Origin: an uncultured delta proteobacterium
GTDB lineage: Bacteria; Desulfobacterota; Binatia; UBA9968
Direction: 5' to 3'
Assembly: GCA_963737905.1 (NCBI GenBank)
Contig: CAVTUQ010000013.1
Coordinates: 32,001-96,000, forward strand
DNA length: 64,000 nt
The translations under genes and the position numbers were made by a program. Position 1 is the first letter of the stretch; the number at the start of each line of letters is the position of its first letter. Of the stretch, positions 60,281-64,000 are shown piece after piece. Below the pieces are notes generated by a model that saw only the letters and a list, made by a program, of their open reading frames with translations, had not been told where the DNA came from and did no database searches.

Positions 60281-60294
60281 CCATACTTGTATGG
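60281..60294. promoter_or_regulatory. Palindrome CCATAC-tt-GTATGG, probable VapBC operator
   Basis: Perfect inverted repeat 13 nt upstream of the vapB ATG. Confidence 0.55.
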
Positions 60295-60354
60295 TAGAAA
60301 CAACCAGCACGGATTCAACGGCGTATCGCGCGCTTTACACAACCGCTATCTCGA

Positions 60355-60775
60355 GGGGGCGTTCAATACACAATTCCGACTGCCCCAACTGCGGCGGCGC
60401 CTTGAAGATCATCGCCTGTCCTTCGAGCACTGCGTCGAAGAGCCGCCATCGAAGATCCGCCGGTGATCGTCAAGATCCTCAGCCAGCTGGGCCTGCCATC
60501 CGCGCCCCGCCGCGTGCCCGGCGCGTCGAGTCGATCTATTCCAGACGATCTGAGGAGCCGAAAACCGCTTGCCAACGCAAGCCGACGGCGCCGCTCGCTC
60601 TGAGTTCGAGCGAGCGGCTGCCATAAAGGAACCTTTCGCGCGCCTCCCGACCGCTCTCCGCCGAGCCGCCCGGCACAACAGTGGGTTTTTCATCAAGCAG
60701 AAAAGGAATTGACAACTCTCCCGGTCCTGCGATATGGCTCCGGTCATAGAAAAAGGTGGTTTAAAATTCCTATCC
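60355..60775 (+). mobile_element. IS91/ISCR-type 3' remnant with oriIS-like end (copy 1)
   Basis: CPNCGGALKII...VIVKILS.LGL..APPR C-terminus; end GGTTTAAAATTCCTATCC. Confidence 0.75.
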
Positions 60776-60839
60776 ATCTTGCGTTCAATTTTTTCGAGCG
60801 TACAATCCTTTCAATATTTTCACTTCAAAGGAATGTGTT

Positions 60840-61351
60840 TTGGTCTGCGACCGTAAAAGAGAGTTGGAAGCAGCGAAAGCCAAAGCTGACTTGAGAAAAG
60901 TGTATTCCCTCTCTTTGGGTCTGTTGCGTTCGGACGCTGCGCACGAAAGTTTCCAGAAAGAAATGTCAGCCCTGAAATCGAGTGGGCAAACTTTAGATCC
61001 AGCCTCGATGATTTCAGCCGTCGAGCAAGTCCAAAGCAACACTCTTACCCGTTCTAGAGATCTACTCGATTTTTATCTTGCTGCTTGTATGCCGTTGTGG
61101 AAAACTGGACCGAGTGGAAGTTTACCGATCCAGACGTGGACAAACTTTTAAGTAGCCCTAACTTAAACATTCTCGAAAAGTATCGTCACACAGTATTCCA
61201 CATTGAAAAGTTCAACGCGAAGGGAACATTGAATATGCTCAATCAACCCGAAGTTCTCTCGTGGGCGCAAGAACACTCTCAGAAGCCATACGGCAGTCCC
61301 TTTGTAAGAAGTTCCCAAACTCCGGGTGAGAGCGGCCCGAATTACCATTGA
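60840..61351 (+). CDS. HEPN-like protein (Rx4H), frameshift near 61085
   Basis: Two frames join into FYLA..YAVVENW...DVDKLLSSPNLNILEKYRHTVFH; AT-rich. Confidence 0.55.
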
Positions 61352-61423
61352 CACAAAAATACTCTCTGGGTCGCTTATGAGAGGTAAAATTAGAGGCAAC
61401 CTCTGTCACCCGATTTCTGAAAC

Positions 61424-61984
61424 ATGGACATTAGTAACTACGTAGAAGAACTCCGCCTGACTATGATTGGCGCAGGTTTGAACTATGATATTTGGCGGGT
61501 TTACACGAACCCCGATACCCGAAAAGAATACCTCCGAACAATGAACAGGTATCCGCTCTTTTTTACCAATTCTATACACGCTCACTTCGTAGCGATGCTC
61601 GTCGCTCTATATCGGGTCTATGAGACACGTCCGGACACTTACAATATTCCGGCTCTGCTGAAACACGTTCAGACAGAAAAGATCTTGCCTGAGCATGTAG
61701 TAGCTAAGCTTCAAAAGAAGTATGAAGAAGCACAACCACTTTGGAAAAAAGTTAGCATTCTACGAAACAACGCATTCGCCCACAAAACTGTGAAACGCAC
61801 ATATGACGAAATCTTCAAGCGAGCCAGCGTGACGCCAGATGAACTTCGGGACCTTATCAAAGATACTAAGGCACTCTTAAACGAGTTCACCCATGCGTGG
61901 AAAAAAGACTTTCATGCCTTCAATCTCAACGCTACGGATGACACAAAAGCGTTATTAGAGGATCTCAAATCGATCAAGTTCTGA
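61424..61984 (+). CDS. AbiU2-like HEPN-domain protein
   Basis: Helical protein with LYRVYE...YNIPALL and LRNNAFAH (Rx5H). Confidence 0.7.
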   Translation: MDISNYVEELRLTMIGAGLNYDIWRVYTNPDTRKEYLRTMNRYPLFFTNSIHAHFVAMLVALYRVYETRPDTYNIPALLKHVQTEKILPEHVVAKLQKKYEEAQPLWKKVSILRNNAFAHKTVKRTYDEIFKRASVTPDELRDLIKDTKALLNEFTHAWKKDFHAFNLNATDDTKALLEDLKSIKF

Positions 61985-62005
61985 ACAATCCCTAGGTTGT
62001 CTCCA

Positions 62006-62215
62006 TCATCGTCTATTGAGCCATGCTTCACTTAACGTTTTAAATCGCTGGGCGATCTCATCATCATCATGCTCATCAACCTTCATCGTGCATCGGTACC
62101 ATAGCTGACCGGCCTCCATTATAGTCGCAATATTTTTGCCGCTTAACGTCACCGATATATCATTCAGAAACGCCATCAGTTCCTTTGCTTCAATTGATTG
62201 ATCGGCAAAAAGGTT
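62006..62215 (-). pseudogene. 5'-truncated hypothetical gene fragment
   Basis: AT-rich reading frame interrupted at the IS remnant junction. Confidence 0.35.
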
Positions 62216-62217
62216 TA

Positions 62218-62768
62218 CCCATGGCGTGCTAGCACCCAACGCGAAGTTGCGCAATAAAATCGTTCCCGCTCCGGCAGAGCGTGCCACCGAGCCCCCGAGC
62301 GATCACGCCTGTGCCCAAGGGGAAACACCGCGCATGAGCTGGGCCCGACTGCTCAAACGGGTCTTCAACATCGAACACTGCCCGAACTGCGGCGGCGCTT
62401 TGAAGATCATCGCCTGTCCTGAGCCTCGTCGAAGGGCCGCCATCGAAGATTCGCCGGTGATCGTCAAGATCCTCAGCCATCTGGGCCTATCGACCCGCAC
62501 CCCGCCGCGTGCGCCGGCGCGTGAGTCGATCTATTCCAAACGATCTGAGCAGCCGAAACCCCCCTGCCAACGCAAGCCGACGGCGCTGCTCGCTCTGAGT
62601 TCGAACGAGCAGCTGGATAAAGGAGTTTTCGCGCGCCTCCCGACCGCTCTCCGCCCGAGCCGCCCGAAGCAAAACCGCAAATTTCAGTTAAGTCTCCGAC
62701 AATTGACACGCTCGCTGGTCAAGCGATATATGTCTGGTCAGAAAAAACGTGGTTTAAAGTTCCTATAC
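62218..62768 (+). mobile_element. IS91/ISCR-type 3' remnant with oriIS-like end (copy 2)
   Basis: HGVLAPNAKLR...MSWARLLKRVF.IEHCPNCGG; end GGTTTAAAGTTCCTATAC; diverged direct repeat of copy 1. Confidence 0.85.
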
Positions 62769-62904
62769 ATAGTACGAGGTGACCGGCCGGGGCGGAAAGG
62801 GCCGTGAGATCATGCAGCGGGGCCAGTTCACCCGTGTGGTTCCCCCCCTCCCAAAACGCCCGCACCGCTCTCGGCATAGAGTAGAAGCTCGAAAGGAAGT
62901 TCAT

Positions 62905-64000
62905 TTGCCTCATCAGGACCGTCTCAACATCGCCGTGTTCATCGACTTCGACAACATCGAGATTGGCGTCAAATCGACGCTCGGTGAGAATTTCGACGTC
63001 GGGGCCATCCTCGACGCCTTGAAGGAGCGCGGCGAGGTGGTCACCAAGATCGCCTACGCCGACTGGACGCGCGCGGGCGAGTACAGCCGCCACCTCACCC
63101 AGCACGCCATCCGCCTGGTGCAGCGCAACTTGACGCCCGGCGGCGACAAGAACGGCGCCGACATCAACCTGGCGCTCGATGCCCTCGAAATGGCCTTCAC
63201 GCACCCGCACATCAACGCGTACGTGATCGTCGGCGGCGACAGCGACTTCCTCTCGCTGGTCGAGAAGCTCAAGCAATACGACAAGAAGGTGTTCGTCGTT
63301 GGTGGCCGGGCGTTCACGAGCATCATCCTCCAGCGCAACTGCCACGAGTTCATCGCCTACGAGAACCTGACGGGTGGCCGCCGCTCGGTCGCCAAGGGCG
63401 GCCGCCCGTTGGCGCCCGCCACCTCCGCGCCCATCGCGCAGGCGTTCCCCATCGTGCGGCGCGCGCTGAAGATCCTGTCCGACCGGGAAGTCTCGCCGCA
63501 GACCGGCCTGCTCAAGAGCACGCTGCTCCAGCTCGACTCGACCTTCTCCGAGCGGACCTATGGTGCGTCGTCGTTCCTCGATTTCGTCGAGAAGCTCGCG
63601 CAATCGGGTCTCGCCCAGCTCAAGCACACAGGTCGAAGCGTCATGGTCGAGCTGAACGAGAAGTTCGACGAGAGCGAGTCTTCGACCGCTGCTGCCGTCG
63701 CCGCGAGCCGGCCCGTCGCCGTCGCGGTTCGCGCGGCTCCGCCCGAGGCCGAAACCGAGCCGCGGGTGGTGATGGCCGAGGCCGTGCAGGCGTCCCGGCC
63801 CGCCCCGATCGAGGCACCAGTCGTGCCGGCGGGTGATCAGGCCGACGGGGTCCGCCTGGTGCGCCAGATCCTGACCACTGCCACGGCGGCACGGTGGCCG
63901 ATGTACCTGCGCAACGTCAAGCAGCTCTTACGGGCCGCCGAGGGCGGCTTCGACGAGCGCCGATACGGTTTCATGGGGCTGATCGATCTGCTGCGAGCAT
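62905..64000 (+). CDS. NYN-domain (LabA/DUF88) protein with OST-HTH/LOTUS-like segments, runs off window edge
   Basis: Not in ORF track. TTG 62905 after AAAGGA gives IAVFIDFDN...KNGADINLALD...GGDSDFLSL...CHEFI and FSERTYG. Confidence 0.9.
   Translation, partial: MPHQDRLNIAVFIDFDNIEIGVKSTLGENFDVGAILDALKERGEVVTKIAYADWTRAGEYSRHLTQHAIRLVQRNLTPGGDKNGADINLALDALEMAFTHPHINAYVIVGGDSDFLSLVEKLKQYDKKVFVVGGRAFTSIILQRNCHEFIAYENLTGGRRSVAKGGRPLAPATSAPIAQAFPIVRRALKILSDREVSPQTGLLKSTLLQLDSTFSERTYGASSFLDFVEKLAQSGLAQLKHTGRSVMVELNEKFDESESSTAAAVAASRPVAVAVRAAPPEAETEPRVVMAEAVQASRPAPIEAPVVPAGDQADGVRLVRQILTTATAARWPMYLRNVKQLLRAAEGGFDERRYGFMGLIDLLRA

Noticed and set aside
62770-62885. Possible structured RNA before the NYN gene
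   Set aside because: GC-rich, but I could not match it to any RNA family; would need an Rfam/Infernal search.
62719-63627. 302-aa minus-strand ORF
   Set aside because: Antisense shadow of the GC-rich NYN gene, which the track missed because it has no stop in the window.
1-64000. CRISPR array, rRNA or tRNA genes
   Set aside because: No regularly spaced repeats or rRNA seen; the only T-arm motif found belongs to tmRNA.

Overview
Bacterial chromosomal window whose gene content (expanded TctC/Bug and NMT1-type binding proteins, TctA-TctB fusion, UbiD/cupin/amidohydrolase enzymes) resembles Candidatus Binatia (Binatota); the taxon is an inference. In order: a partial thiolase; a 2-oxoacid dehydrogenase E1a/E1b/E2 operon without E3; 3-hydroxyacyl-CoA dehydrogenase; a sigma54-preceded excisionase/BldC-like HTH pair; a diiron HDO-cupin dioxygenase-UbiD operon; a tandem-domain hydrolase-like exported protein; and a twice-occurring, kinase-free sigma54 module (atypical enhancer-binding proteins, an uncharacterised HTH-like protein and an Asp-less receiver). 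These are followed by a ~16 kb array of 11 solute-binding proteins around one TctAB fusion; stress genes (USP, SOD, SPW, holin-like); a ClC; a glucosylglycerate cluster (ggs-like, USP-gpgS, gpgP) with a sugar ABC transporter; treY; and tmRNA. Downstream of tmRNA is an accessory region with two PIN toxin-antitoxin pairs, a broken primase-helicase, a ligase relic, an amidohydrolase/LigB pair, two ISCR/IS91-type ends bracketing HEPN-like genes, and a GC-richer NYN gene. Many single-base frameshifts suggest long-read indel errors. All calls come from reading motifs by eye; no searches were run.
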